NCBI GenBank assembly: GCA_964016885.1
Contig: OZ024750.1
Coordinates: 47,988,001-48,052,000, forward strand
DNA length: 64,000 nucleotides
Source of the DNA: Eledone cirrhosa
Lineage: Eukaryota
Reading direction: 5' to 3'
Under the pieces are notes generated by a model, which was not told the origin of the DNA, did no database searches, and saw only the letters and a list, made by a program, of their open reading frames with translations. Shown here one piece after another: positions 46,786-60,019 of the stretch (positions are counted from its first letter, which is position 1; every line of letters starts with the position of its first letter). A program made the translations under genes and the position numbers.

Positions 46786-48041
46786 AAGAGTTAAAAATAA
46801 ATAAAGTTATAATATACCCCATTACTGGAATGCCATTATCGAAATATTAGCGAGAAACGCTGTCGCCATCCAAACTTGAAATCAGCGACCAGAACCAAAT
46901 ACCGGTTAAAGGCCCTCAACCATGATTAAACAGGCACCCATAGAAAAGCAAAGAACATAAATAATAAAACAATGATTTATTGAATCAAACCAATTTCAAA
47001 ACCTTCGTTTCCCTGACCAAATAAAGTTCTAATAATGTTATGCTTCATTTCATTGGTATATTTTAATAAAAAACCATCGGTACAAACTGTCAAGCGATAC
47101 GTAGGGAGGGGATAATAATACAAATGGTGCACTTCAAGACCTCACATAATTATTTCCTTCTAAAAATCCGCCCATAAAAATACAATTGTGTTGGTTTTAA
47201 TTTTTTTCTTATTTTGAATTGCAACATTTGTTCTTGTTTTGTGCAGTGAAGCATTGTTCAACAAAATATTCCTCTCCGTATCAGGGTCATAGTCTCAATT
47301 AATTGAAGTTACTCTGCTCGACACATTAAATATCATAGCACTCATTGAACTATATAAGACAGAGACCACCTCATTGACTGTAAACTATGGACTATGGCTA
47401 TAACAATGGACTATTCGATGGTTCGGCTTTTTATTTTATTCGTTCTTAAATCGTTTATTCGAATAATGAATAAATATAGCTGAACATTTATGATGTGTGA
47501 GTGCTCCTCCGCTCTCTATATAATTGTAGATGTGCTTGCATACACAGAAATATAAACACTCAAATATACACAGCTATACTTATATTCAATCACCCACACA
47601 CATAGAAACATACATTCACACGTTAGAGATGAAAATTAACACACACAACCATACATGCACTGTTGTTTTGCGTGTAGAAAAGATAAAATATATTAGACAT
47701 GCATGTATATAAAGATTTTTATTCATATAAATGAATGTGTTCTCGAAAAATCAATATATAAACACTATTGCCTTCCACTTGATAGTGGTTATGTTATAAA
47801 ACACAGTACGTGTGTATATATTGTATATGTGTCACCAGTAAAAAAAAATGTATATCACAAGACACCCATGCTTAAAGGTTTAATGGAAAAAAAACACATA
47901 GTTGACTGTAATCGTCGCCTGAATACGAATATATTCTTCTCAGGTCAAACGCGAACCACATACATATATACATGTTCATCCACACAGATATATGCATGGG
48001 CATGGGCATATATATATATATATACATATATACACACTTCG

Positions 48042-48242
48042 TATTTTATCTAATGATAGAGTATCAACATTTTGGTACCCTTGAAATATATATAATAGAA
48101 TAAATATGCTTTTATTAATATAGTTTCCATTTATTTAATATCATTGTATATCACACTCCAGAAAAAACTGTTGAGTGCTCTGAATCAGTTATAAACATTT
48201 ATATTTGTTGAATTACCAACAAATTGAATATCCCTTCTGCTT
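48042..48242 (+). mobile_element. Family B element, HHR core mutated (CTAATGA)
   Basis: tattttat-CTAATGA...ggtaccctt-GAAA-tatata-TA-atagaata, AATAAA, ACTCC..GAGTGCTC. Aligns to 9236-9420. Confidence 0.75.
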
Positions 48243-48697
48243 ATATATATATTTAAAAAAAAGGGGTAAAGACCCCCTTCGGTCAACAATGACTATGGGA
48301 TTTGCACCTAGAAAGTTTTCCTCCGGGGCACAAGTCCAGGCCAGGTTGTTTGTGGAAAACCAATAGTCGCCCATGCATACCAGTCTCCCCTCTCCACGCC
48401 ACCGATGGAGAAACATTAAAAGAGATTATGCAGACGTAAAATAAATGTAAATTGTGTATGATTAAATAAGATATTATGCTAATATAAATATCTGATGGCG
48501 AATGTGTGTTTAATGATGATACAAAATCTCTAATATGGGCCCAAACAGTTGCTGTCTATCACTCAATTTTCTTGAATAAGCATTGTTGAATTTAATAAAG
48601 AAGAATAGCATAGAGATTGAAGGAAAGTGTTGAATGAAGTAATTATTTTCGCGTTGATGTGATAATATTGCCTGATCAGTTGGGAGAGAGTGCATAT

Positions 48698-48729
<32 letters not shown>

Positions 48730-48826
48730 TAGAGAGAGGGGGAGAGAGAGAGGGAGAGAGAGAGGGAGAAAGAAAGAGTGAGAGACAGATAGAGATAGAG
48801 ATATAGAGATATAGACATAAGGAGAG

Positions 48827-48906
<80 letters not shown>

Positions 48907-49195
48907 TAAGTCATGATTTGTTCTGAACAGGAAAATTATTTCTCTGAAAAAAATATGTTCCCGGCTGGAATCTCATAAATACTATAAGAGATTAAATTCT
49001 GACTAGTTCGATTAAATCGTTAAATCAGTAAATATAGTCTGTTCCTGTCGCACATGTTGACGGTTTGTCTAGACATCTGAGTCGTCTATTCTTCAATTGC
49101 TATTTCTACTATCTTCCGATAAAGGATTAACTACCGAAATGTTTAGTGTCCTTCCTTTTAATATCATGCGTGTTGTATGTAATACATATTATTAA

Positions 49196-49580
49196 AGGGT
49201 GGATTGGCAGTATCGGTAGAGGGTCGGACGCCATGCTTTCCAGCATAGTTATGTCCCTTTACGATCTGAGTTCAAATCCCGCCGAGGTTGAATTTGCCTT
49301 TCATCATTACGGGGTCGCTAAAATAAAGTACCAGTAATACACTGGGTAATTGCCGGCCTTGTGCCTAAAGTAGAAACAATTATTAAAGGGCGGTGAGTTG
49401 GCAGAATCGGTAGAGGGTCGGACGCCATGCTTTCCAGCATAGTTACATCCTTTTACGGTCTGAGTTCAAATCCCCCCGAGGTTAACTTTACCGTTCATCC
49501 TTACGGGGTCTATAAAATAAAGTACCAGTAATGCATTGGGATAATTGTTGGCCTTGTGACAAAAGTAGAAACAATTATTA
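49196..49580 (+). mobile_element. Two tandem tRNA-derived SINEs
   Basis: A-box TGGCAG(T/A)ATCGG and B-box GAGTTCAAATCC in both copies (49196-49385, 49388-49580). Confidence 0.88.
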
Positions 49581-50044
49581 TACTGTGTTGTTCTCTTGTC
49601 TAGTTTTCATCGCTGAATTTTCGCATCGTATTATATTCTTCTTCATCATTATTTTATTGTTCAAGTAACCCCTGTGTCTTTTATGTCTAAAATTTTCAAG
49701 ATAATGGAACTCATTTTCTCATGCCTTCCAGGTTACGACATTCTTTTCACGAAAGTCTAATTGTCTGAATTTATTATTTTTCCAGGGCAAAAACGATGCA
49801 AATTTTACATCTTAATTATGTTGATTATGCTTCGAAGAATTTGTTTAAATATAATTATCTCAGATTTTATCGAATGCCATCCAAATATTGTTCTGTGGGT
49901 TCCTTGTTTTATCATCTACTCAAATGCATCTTAGCAATTCTGGGGCTCGTCAATCTGTTTCGGAAACTGGCATTACAACTGCGATCACACATTAATGTGC
50001 AACATCGCAGGTTAGCGATTTAGCTTCCGGACTAGAAATAACAT

Positions 50045-50453
50045 TGCTTTTAATTAAGCATACAGTGTATTGCAAAATACACTATACATACATTCATATA
50101 TATATCGCTATTTCAGAGCACCAATTCTAATTTTCAATTTCTGCTTGACCGACAACCGCTCTGTAAAAAATCAGTTCCTGGTTATTACTAGAATTCTATA
50201 AGAATCAAACCTTCATGAATTTCAGCAAACAGGAGGAATAGTCATCTTTGAAAATCAGCAAACAGTGCGAAACAGAGCTCTGTCAGCTTTATCTCCATGT
50301 TTGATGAAAATTAAAGTAAGTAAGTCTGTCACTACTCTAAAACAATAGCGTAAGGTCTTTGAAATGTTTTTAATTAAGCATACAGTGTACAGCAAAATAT
50401 ACTATATATACATTCAGATATATATATAACTATTTCAGAACACCAATTCCAAT
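50045..50453 (+). mobile_element. Retrozyme-like element, family A2 (~1.3 units), U3-A8 HHR at 50244-50288
   Basis: ttttaattaagcatacagtgta recurs ~319 bp apart. atct-TTGAAAA-tcagcaaacagtgc-GAAA-cagagctctg-TC-agct. Ends at (TA)n. Confidence 0.8.
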
Positions 50454-50455
50454 TT

Positions 50456-50510
<55 letters not shown>

Positions 50511-50514
<4 letters not shown>

Positions 50515-50925
50515 CAACGAAACATAAGTCAATTGCATGAACTCATAATACTTTATGTACTGCTATATATATTTCGATGATAGCCAGTGAATGGCTATGA
50601 CCTCATCAGGCAGTTAATCAGTTCTTAGATATGCCAGTTCTGTGATTATAGTGTTGATGGAATCAGAGCCTTGGGACATATCTCTGATACCCTCAAGACT
50701 ATAAACACAGAGCTGGCATATCTAAGAACTGATTAACTGTCTGATGAGGTCATATCCATTCAATGGCTATCATTAAAATATATATAGCAGTAAATAAAGG
50801 ATTATGAGTTCATGCAATTGACTTATGTTTCGTCACTATTATAACTCCGTAACTTATATCTTCGTTGAGTGCTCCCTATCGGCATACTGAAGTACTGAAT
50901 TTTACCAACACTTACATTCTTGCTT
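50511..50925. mobile_element. Fold-back HHR element, family F, between TA tracts
   Basis: 50511-50657 is the reverse complement of 50693-50840. The right arm continues to ACTCC..GAGTGCTC and (TA)n. Confidence 0.87.
50559..50614 (-). ncRNA. Minimal type I hammerhead ribozyme (family F)
   Basis: actgc-CTGATGA-ggtcatagcca-ttcac-tggctatcatc-GAAA-tatata-TA-gcagt. The right-arm copy (50736-50791) has G12 mutated to A. Confidence 0.85.
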
Positions 50926-50957
50926 ATATATATATATATATAAATATATATATATAT

Positions 50958-51741
50958 ATGAAAGACGTAAAATAAGAACATTTTAAAATTAACTTACTTA
51001 CTAAAATTTTCACTCCAACTAATTAGTTTCTGTAAGGGAATAAATATAGTTACGCCACGCAGAGAAGTCCTTACGTCATCAGGTAGTCTATTCTTAGCTA
51101 AGTTCCCAGGCAATGTGCGGACGCTAGGAACCCATATAAAAATAATAATTCAGTGGATGGTAAAAAGCTAGCGAGGACTAGATTCCAGGGCACTGAAAAA
51201 ATTCACTGCCTACTTGGTCAGTGGCAAATTCTAAAGAATCAATCACGTGACACTGAGGTTAATCAGTGAGGAGTGGGGTGGTATTATGACAAGAGCCTAA
51301 CTACTACCATGAACCATAACAGTAAATATCGGCAAGTTTTGCTCAACAAATAATTTGGAGATAAATATAGATAATTAGTATATCTACCAACATATGTATA
51401 CAGTTGTATACTCATGCTAGCAAATATATATGTTATGTCTTAGTACTTTTGTGGTTCTATGCAGGGGGATGCAGAACAATTATATGAAAGACGTAAAATA
51501 AGATGGCACAAGGACTTCTCTATAGTTGCGTTGCGTAACTATATGTATTCCCTTACAGAAACTAATTAGTTGGAGTGAAAATGTTAGTAAGTAAGATAAT
51601 TTTAAAATTTTCTTATTTTACGTCTTTCATATAATTGTTCAACACCCCCCCCCCCTGCATAGAACCACGAAGGTACTAAGACATAACATATATATTTGCT
51701 AGCATGGGTAACATCTGTATACATATGTTGGTAGATATACT

Positions 51742-51745
<4 letters not shown>
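50958..51745. mobile_element. Family C relative: one ~525-bp unit on the minus strand plus an inverted arm
   Basis: atgaaagacgtaaaataaga at 50958 and 51484. 51511-51745 is inverted. Diverged homologue of 12311-13598. Confidence 0.8.
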
Positions 51746-51807
<62 letters not shown>

Positions 51808-53132
51808 GTCTGTGTATATGTGTGCATAAGAGAAAGAGGGTGTGAGCGTGAGGGAGAGAGGGAGAAATAAAATCCTGCTGCGGTCAGAATCGTATTAAAC
51901 TGTATACCCACCCTGCATCTCTTATGTATTGAGTACCATCATTTGTTGTCTCCTCAGTCTTAGCAGTCGTAGACGATCTCTTTCTATATATATGTATGTA
52001 TGTGTGTGTGAAGGCTCTAATTTGTTTCTTTGACCGCAATATCCATGATGTCCTTGAGCACGACACTGAAATATGTGGTGCTCCACTTCACTCCGATGTA
52101 GAAATAAGTTGCGACGTTGTTGGTGCCAAACTGACATTTGAAATTCTCCTCAACAGCGTCGGGCGGTATGGACTTGTGATACTGGTATGCATCACCGACA
52201 TCTGCTCTTCTGCACACATCCTTCCTCGGGGATCTTTCTAATTGCAATTAGCATGGTCACTTCAGACTGATAGTTATCTTTACTTATATATACATCCGTG
52301 TGCATATACATTCATACGCATATACACGCGTAAGTGTATGTGTGTGTGTGCGGGGGGGGGGGGGGTGTATGCTTGTACATTTTACTGTGATTAATATAAG
52401 AGTGAATCAATATAGTGCTACATCCAGGCCAAAGTTTAAGGGTTAAAACCAATGAGGAAACAAATAAAAAAAAGATGTAGAGAGATATATTCCGAATATT
52501 ATAATTATATTGAATATTATTCTTTGAGATTAAATAATATTGAATTTCAAAATATTTTTAATTCAAAAATATTTTGCTTCTTAACGATTTTAATATTTAA
52601 TATTTTGAATATATTTTATAAATTTAGCGAACGGATACGCCGACTAAATTCACCTACTTATACTCGGAATCTTGTAAATTCGGTGTTACTTTTTACAGAA
52701 GTGGAAATGATGAAAGCAAATTCTACATTAAAATGTAAATGTTTGTAAATATATACAACAATGCATAACCAACAATGTTTCTCTTTATGTGTCATTAAAT
52801 GTGCTTATGAATCTGAGGAATTTATTAAATCGTACGAATGACTTAACAAATATATACCCAAACGATCAGAAAATGTCTATAGCGCTGGGCAAAACCCAAA
52901 ACTTAATTTTATGGCTAGCAGTTTCCAGAGTGAAGTCATCAGAAATGTGTTTCAATTAAGTTTGTTTCAAAAAATATCAATCAATATAATTTTTCTTCAG
53001 ATCATTTTCCAGAAATTTAGTATTAAAGAATAAACAATTTTAAATATTTCTCAGGGAAGCTGAAGAATCTAGAGAAACTTCAACAATAGGAAAGGGCAAA
53101 TTTGCGAATATTACAGAATACCCACCCGATAT

Positions 53133-53215
<83 letters not shown>

Positions 53216-53336
53216 TATAGACATAGAATATTCGAAAATATTCTGTATGTTTATAATAAACATTTTGAAGACCTAATCGCTATAGAATAGAATACGTCAC
53301 GTATTACAATTAGATTCTCGATAAAAGCAAGGGAAG

Positions 53337-55547
53337 TAATCTACGCGTTTCATTCTTGTTAGAATTCATCAGGACTACATATCCAGTGCTTTTATCGAGA
53401 ATGACACAGCTAGAGACTTATAGAATAATTAGCTGTGTACAGGAACTGGTTTGAAAGAGCGGTTGCCGGTCCGGCAGAAATTAGAAATTGGAATAAATGC
53501 TCTGAAATAGCGATATATATGTGAATATAGACATAGAATATTCGAAAATATTCTGTATGTTTATAATAAACATTTTGAAGACCTAATCGCTATAGAATAG
53601 AATACGTCACGTATTACAATTAGATTCTCGATAAAAGCAAGGGAAGTAATCTACGCGTTTCATTCTTGTTAGAATTCATCAGGACTACATATCCAGTGCT
53701 TTTATCGAGAATGACACAGCTAGAGACTTATAGAATACTTAGCTGTGTACAGGAACTGGTTTGAAAGAGCGGTTGCCGGTCCGGCAGAAATTAGAAATTG
53801 GAATAAATGCTCTGAAATAGCGATATATATGTGAATATAGACATAGAATATTCGAAAATATTCTGTATGTTTATAATAAACATTTTGAAGACCTAATCGC
53901 TATAGAATAGAATACGTCACGTATTACAATTAGATTCTCGATAAAAGCAAGGGAAGTAATCTACGCGTTTCATTCTTGTTAGAATTCATCAGGACTACAT
54001 ATCCAGTGCTTTTATCGAGAATGACACAGCTAGAGACTTATAGAATACTTAGCTGTGTACAGGAACTGGTTTGAAAGAGCGGTTGCCGGTCCGGCAGAAA
54101 TTAGAAATTGGAATAAATGCTCTGAAATAGCGATATATATGTGAATATAGACATAGAATATTCGAAAATATTCTGTATGTTTATAATAAACATTTTGAAG
54201 ACCTAATCGCTATAGAATAGAATACGTCACGTATTACAATTAGATTCTCGATAAAAGCAAGGGAAGTAATCTACGCGTTTCATTCTTGTTAGAATTCATC
54301 AGGACTACATATCCAGTGCTTTTATCGAGAATGACACAGCTAGAGACTTATAGAATACTTAGCTGTGTACAGGAACTGGTTTGAAAGAGCGGTTGCCGGT
54401 CCGGCAGAAATTAGAAATTGGAATAAATGCTCTGAAATAGCGATATATATGTGAATATAGACATAGAATATTCGAAAATATTCTGTATGTTTATAATAAA
54501 CATTTTGAAGACCTAATCGCTATAGAATAGAATACGTCACGTATTACAATTAGATTCTCGATAAAAGCAAGGGAAGTAATCTACGCGTTTCATTCTTGTT
54601 AGAATTCATCAGGACTACATATCCAGTGCTTTTATCGAGAATGACACAGCTAGAGACTTATAGAACACTTAGCTGTGTACAGGAACTGGTTTGAAAGAGC
54701 GGTTGCCGGTCCGGCAGAAATTAGAAATTGGAATAAATGCTCTGAAATAGCGATATATATGTGAATATAGACATAGAATATTCGAAAATATTCTGTATGT
54801 TTATAATAAACATTTTGAAGACCTAATCGCTATAGAATAGAATACGTCACGTATTACAATTAGATTCTCGATAAAAGCAAGGGAAGTAATCTACGCGTTT
54901 CATTCTTGTTAGAATTCATCAGGACTACATATCCAGTGCTTTTATCGAGAATGACACAGCTAGAGACTTATAGAATACTTAGCTGTGTACAGGAACTGGT
55001 TTGAAAGAGCGGTTGCCGGTCCGGCAGAAATTAGAAATTGGAATAAATGCTCTGAAATAGCGATATATATGTGAATATAGACATAGAATATTCGAAAATA
55101 TTCTGTATGTTTATAATAAACATTTTGAAGACCTAATCGCTATAGAATAGAATACGTCACGTATTACAATTAGATTCTCGATAAAAGCAAGGGAAGTAAT
55201 CTACGCGTTTCATTCTTGTTAGAATTCATCAGGACTACATATCCAGTGCTTTTATCGAGAATGACACAGCTAGAGACTTATAGAATACTTAGCTGTGTAC
55301 AGGAACTGGTTTGAAAGAGCGGTTGCCGGTCCGGCAGAAATTAGAAATTGGAATAAATGCTCTGAAATAGCGATATATATGTGAATATAGACATAGAATA
55401 TTCGAAAATATTCTGTATGTTTATAATAAACATTTTGAAGACCTAATCGCTATAGAATAGAATACGTCACGTATTACAATTAGATTCTCGATAAAAGCAA
55501 GGGAAGTAATCTACGCGTTTCATTCTTGTTAGAATTCATCAGGACTA
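53337..55547 (-). ncRNA. Eight minimal type I hammerhead ribozymes (41 nt each, starting 53337 + n x 310)
   Basis: Reverse complement reads tagtc-CTGATGA-attct-aaca-agaat-GAAA-cgcg-TA-gatta. Confidence 0.92.
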
Positions 55548-55989
55548 CATATCCAGTGCTTTTATCGAGAATGACACAGCTAGAGACTTATAGAATACTT
55601 AGCTGTGTACAGGAACTGGTTTGAAAGAGCGGTTGCCGGTCCGGCAGAAATTAGAAATTGGAATAAATGCTCTGAAATAGCGATATATATGTGAATATAG
55701 ACATAGAATATTCGAAAATATTCTGTATGTTTATAATAAACATTTTGAAGACCTAATCGCTATAGAATAGAATACGTCACGTATTACAATTAGATTCTCG
55801 ATAAAAGCATACAGAATATTTTCGAATATTCTATGTCTATATTCACATATATATCGCTATTTCAGAGCATTTATTCCAATTTCTAATTTCTGCCGGACCG
55901 GCAACCGCTCTTTCAAACCAGTTCCTGTACACAGCTAAGTATTCTATAAGTCTCTAGCTGTGTCATTCTCGATAAAAGCACTGGATATG

Positions 55990-57580
55990 TAGTCCTGATG
56001 AATTCTAACAAGAATGAAACGCGTAGATTACTTCCCTTGCTTTTATCGAGAATCTAATTGTAATACGTGACGTATTCTATTCTATAGCGATTAGGTCTTC
56101 AAAATGTTTATTATAAACATACAGAATATTTTCGAATATTCTATGTCTATATTCACATATATATCGCTATTTCAGAGCATTTATTCCAATTTCTAATTTC
56201 TGCCGGACCGGCAACCGCTCTTTCAAACCAGTTCCTGTACACAGCTAAGTATTCTATAAGTCTCTAGCTGTGTCATTCTCGATAAAAGCACTGGATATGT
56301 AGTCCTGATGAATTCTAACAAGAATGAAACGCGTAGATTACTTCCCTTGCTTTTATCGAGAATCTAATTGTAATACGTGACGTATTCTATTCTATAGCGA
56401 TTAGGTCTTCAAAATGTTTATTATAAACATACAGAATATTTTCGAATATTCTATGTCTATATTCACATATATATCGCTATTTCAGAGCATTTATTCCAAT
56501 TTCTAATTTCTGCCGGACCGGCAACCGCTCTTTCAAACCAGTTCCTGTACACAGCTAAGTATTCTATAAGTCTCTAGCTGTGTCATTCTCGATAAAAGCA
56601 CTGGATATGTAGTCCTGATGAATTCTAACAAGAATGAAACGCGTAGATTACTTCCCTTGCTTTTATCGAGAATCTAATTGTAATACGTGACGTATTCTAT
56701 TCTATAGCGATTAGGTCTTCAAAATGTTTATTATAAACATACAGAATATTTTCGAATATTCTATGTCTATATTCACATATATATCGCTATTTCAGAGCAT
56801 TTATTCCAATTTCTAATTTCTGCCGGACCGGCAACCGCTCTTTCAAACCAGTTCCTGTACACAGCTAAGTATTCTATAAGTCTCTAGCTGTGTCATTCTC
56901 GATAAAAGCACTGGATATGTAGTCCTGATGAATTCTAACAAGAATGAAACGCGTAGATTACTTCCCTTGCTTTTATCGAGAATCTAATTGTAATACGTGA
57001 CGTATTCTATTCTATAGCGATTAGGTCTTCAAAATGTTTATTATAAACATACAGAATATTTTCGAATATTCTATGTCTATATTCACATATATATCGCTAT
57101 TTCAGAGCATTTATTCCAATTTCTAATTTCTGCCGGACCGGCAACCGCTCTTTCAAACCAGTTCCTGTACACAGCTAAGTATTCTATAAGTCTCTAGCTG
57201 TGTCATTCTCGATAAAAGCACTGGATATGTAGTCCTGATGAATTCTAACAAGAATGAAACGCGTAGATTACTTCCCTTGCTTTTATCGAGAATCTAATTG
57301 TAATACGTGACGTATTCTATTCTATAGCGATTAGGTCTTCAAAATGTTTATTATAAACATACAGAATATTTTCGAATATTCTATGTCTATATTCACATAT
57401 ATATCGCTATTTCAGAGCATTTATTCCAATTTCTAATTTCTGCCGGACCGGCAACCGCTCTTTCAAACCAGTTCCTGTACACAGCTAAGTATTCTATAAG
57501 TCTCTAGCTGTGTCATTCTCGATAAAAGCACTGGATATGTAGTCCTGATGAATTCTAACAAGAATGAAACGCGTAGATTA
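55990..57580 (+). ncRNA. Six minimal type I hammerhead ribozymes (55990, 56300, 56610, 56920, 57230, 57540)
   Basis: tagtc-CTGATGA-attct-aaca-agaat-GAAA-cgcg-TA-gatta with palindromic stem III ACGCGT. Enclosed by a 16-bp inverted repeat attctcgataaaagca / tgcttttatcgagaat. Confidence 0.92.
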
Positions 57581-57734
57581 CTTCCCTTGCTTTTATCGAG
57601 AATCTAATTGTAATACGTGACGTATTCTATTCTATAGCGATTAGGTCTTCAAAATGTTTATTATAAACATACAGAATATTTTCGAATATTCTATGTCTAT
57701 ATTCACATATATATCGCTATTTCAGAGCATTTAT

Positions 57735-57805
<71 letters not shown>

Positions 57806-58002
57806 CTTGGGAATTTTATATTTTCCGAGCGAGAAGAACCTTATGACGGACGAGAATCCCCTTCTCAATGGTGGTCGGCCTGGATTATCCATTTATTTTG
57901 GATTTCAAACCGCGCGGTAAGGGTACATATAGTAAGTACACCGAACTCTTTAAAATTTATTCTCTATTTGCTAAACCTTGATTTAATATATATATGTATA
58001 TA

Positions 58003-58205
58003 GTTATGTAATAAACAACATAAGATAATAATTTCATTTACCAGTGGTTTCTTGAAAGCAACCAAAATGACTTTCATTCATCGGAATGAAAAAAAAAACC
58101 TGGTGTCTTTATTGACAGTGGTTGTTTATTACATAACTAATACGCTGTGTGATTCACATAGAGCACTCTTTTTACTTGGACTTCCCGACGGAATTACTTC
58201 ATTCA
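58003..58205. mobile_element. Family D fold-back element; HHR at 58032-58091 (-) with CCGATGA core
   Basis: tttcatt-CCGATGA-atgaaag..ctttcaa-GAAA-ccactgg-TA-aatgaaa. Same ends and layout as 16119-16340. Confidence 0.8.
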
Positions 58206-58206
58206 T

Positions 58207-58274
<68 letters not shown>

Positions 58275-58696
58275 TTATTAAAATAACCGATTAAATTTTA
58301 AGCAAAGAATCGCTGCTTTTATTCCGGGGTCATAAAATATTCAAAAAATGTCAACCAAATACACAAAATCTTAGTTAAAACAAATTAAAGGGAAGTAAAT
58401 CTTGATACCTACGAAGCAGGACAGAAGGAATTATTGCCCGTTCATAGTTACTCTAATCGGTTAAAACAATTGCCACAAAATGACAAATTACTTCTTGGTC
58501 GCTCTACCATTAAAAATACATTGAACAAAATATTTAAGTAAAATCATCTTAAGAAACATCAACAACATTCTATCATGAGACACTACTAATGAAAAAGAAC
58601 GAATGTAGGAGAAATCGTCAATCCATATAAACTTTCACCGGTAATTCAGCAGACGACATCACTTAATATCAACACTCCTAAATTGATCTGTATGAT

Positions 58697-58810
<114 letters not shown>

Positions 58811-58844
58811 ATTATCTATAATCTTTATCTGTATTTTATATATA

Positions 58845-60019
58845 TCTGTATATATATAAAATTATATACGATTTCACTCAACATTGCACCATTTGCTACA
58901 CCTTACGACCGATTTTCAAGAAACTCGCCAGCTCATGAATTTCCAACATGGTTTTATTCCTACTTGGACACCTTTCATCTCAGTTCACACTATTCACCTC
59001 TACTACAACCGGGTGTCAACGATAATTCTTTAACTTTTTAAGTCTGCGATAAATGGTTACTTTGTAAAATCCGGCTATACTGTTCTCTGCATTAATCTCT
59101 TTCATGGATGCTATTCCACATGTGCTTAAACTACTCTTTAGATAATGCCTCCGAAGAAGAGTAACAAAATTGGTCAGAAAACGGGGCGAGGCAGAAGTAT
59201 GACAAATAGACGAGCAAGTGAGCCACTACACAATTCTGAAATAAGACGAAATAGAAACGCAATAGTCTACGGCCGCTATACGCGCAGCTGAAACGGAGGA
59301 TCGGCGCGTCCGCAGATAGACAAGAGATGCTGTGTCGAAGGCCAGTGCACGAGCTTCTGAAAATGAGGGTCAGCACGTTCGTAGACAAAGAAGAAACGCA
59401 ATATCGAAGCCAGTGCATAAGTTTCCTAAAATGAGGGTCAGCGCGTTCGCAGACAAAGAAGAAACGCAATGTCGACGGCCACTTCACGGGCTGCGGAGAC
59501 ATCATCCGAAAGGCGTGATCGGTTACAGAGTAATCTTCAAAGAAAGCTTTCCAGAAATGGTCTTTCAAGGCCTTCCAGTTCGCGATGGCTACTTAAGGCG
59601 TTTGAATATAGCCCAATTATGCCACCCATTCTGATGTGATCATTGGCGATATGTCCACCATTTGCACCTACTGCAATGCCATGAAGCGGCCAGGTGAACC
59701 ATCTGGGATGTGATGTGCGAATGGAAAAGGTCAGCTTACCTTTCCTCCTTGATCCACCTGAGCCATTGAAGACATATCTGGCAGGTGAAACAGCGGAGTC
59801 TAAGCACTTCCTTGAAAATATCTTGAAAAACAACTGCGCCTTTCAGATGCCATCGTTTGGCGCAAATACTGTTAAGGAAGACGGTTTCATGCCTATAGTT
59901 CATGGGCCACTGTGTGTGGCCATAGATGAGTCATCGAGAAGCAGTCGCGAAGATCAACACTTTTTCATCAAACCAGATATTATTTTACCAGCCCAGGCAA
60001 CGCTGGGTACTATAGCTAG
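58845..60019 (+). mobile_element. Internally deleted Helitron with a remnant of the RepHel N-terminus
   Basis: 5' a|TCtgtatatatataaaa; 3' hairpin cccaggcaacgctggg plus CTAG|t. 59642-59905 translates ICTYCNAMK..GEPSGM*CANGK/VSLP..PPEPL..SKHFLENILKNNCAFQMPSFGA, the conserved Helitron Zn-finger / YNxxFxMTSFG region. Confidence 0.88.

Larger units (their letters stand above)
53212..57740. mobile_element. Palindromic array of a 310-bp hammerhead-containing unit (retrozyme-like, family A1)
   Basis: Period exactly 310 (tgaatatagac at 53212, 53522, ... 55692). Orientation switches at 55808-55809. About 8.4 units left and 6.2 units right; (TA)n on both flanks. Confidence 0.95.

Noticed and set aside
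48266-48410. GC-rich repeat fragment, possibly with an HDV-like ribozyme
   Set aside because: I could not build the nested double pseudoknot by eye; left unassigned.
49196-49290. tRNA genes
   Set aside because: The A/B boxes belong to SINE heads; no cloverleaf, and they continue into the SINE body.
53212-57740. CRISPR array or plain centromeric satellite
   Set aside because: There are no unique spacers and the context is eukaryotic. Each unit has a full HHR and dispersed diverged relatives, which fits a retrozyme better than a simple satellite.
59709-59715. In-frame TGA at a conserved Cys of the Helitron Zn finger
   Set aside because: An adjacent frameshift and large deletion show simple pseudogene decay.
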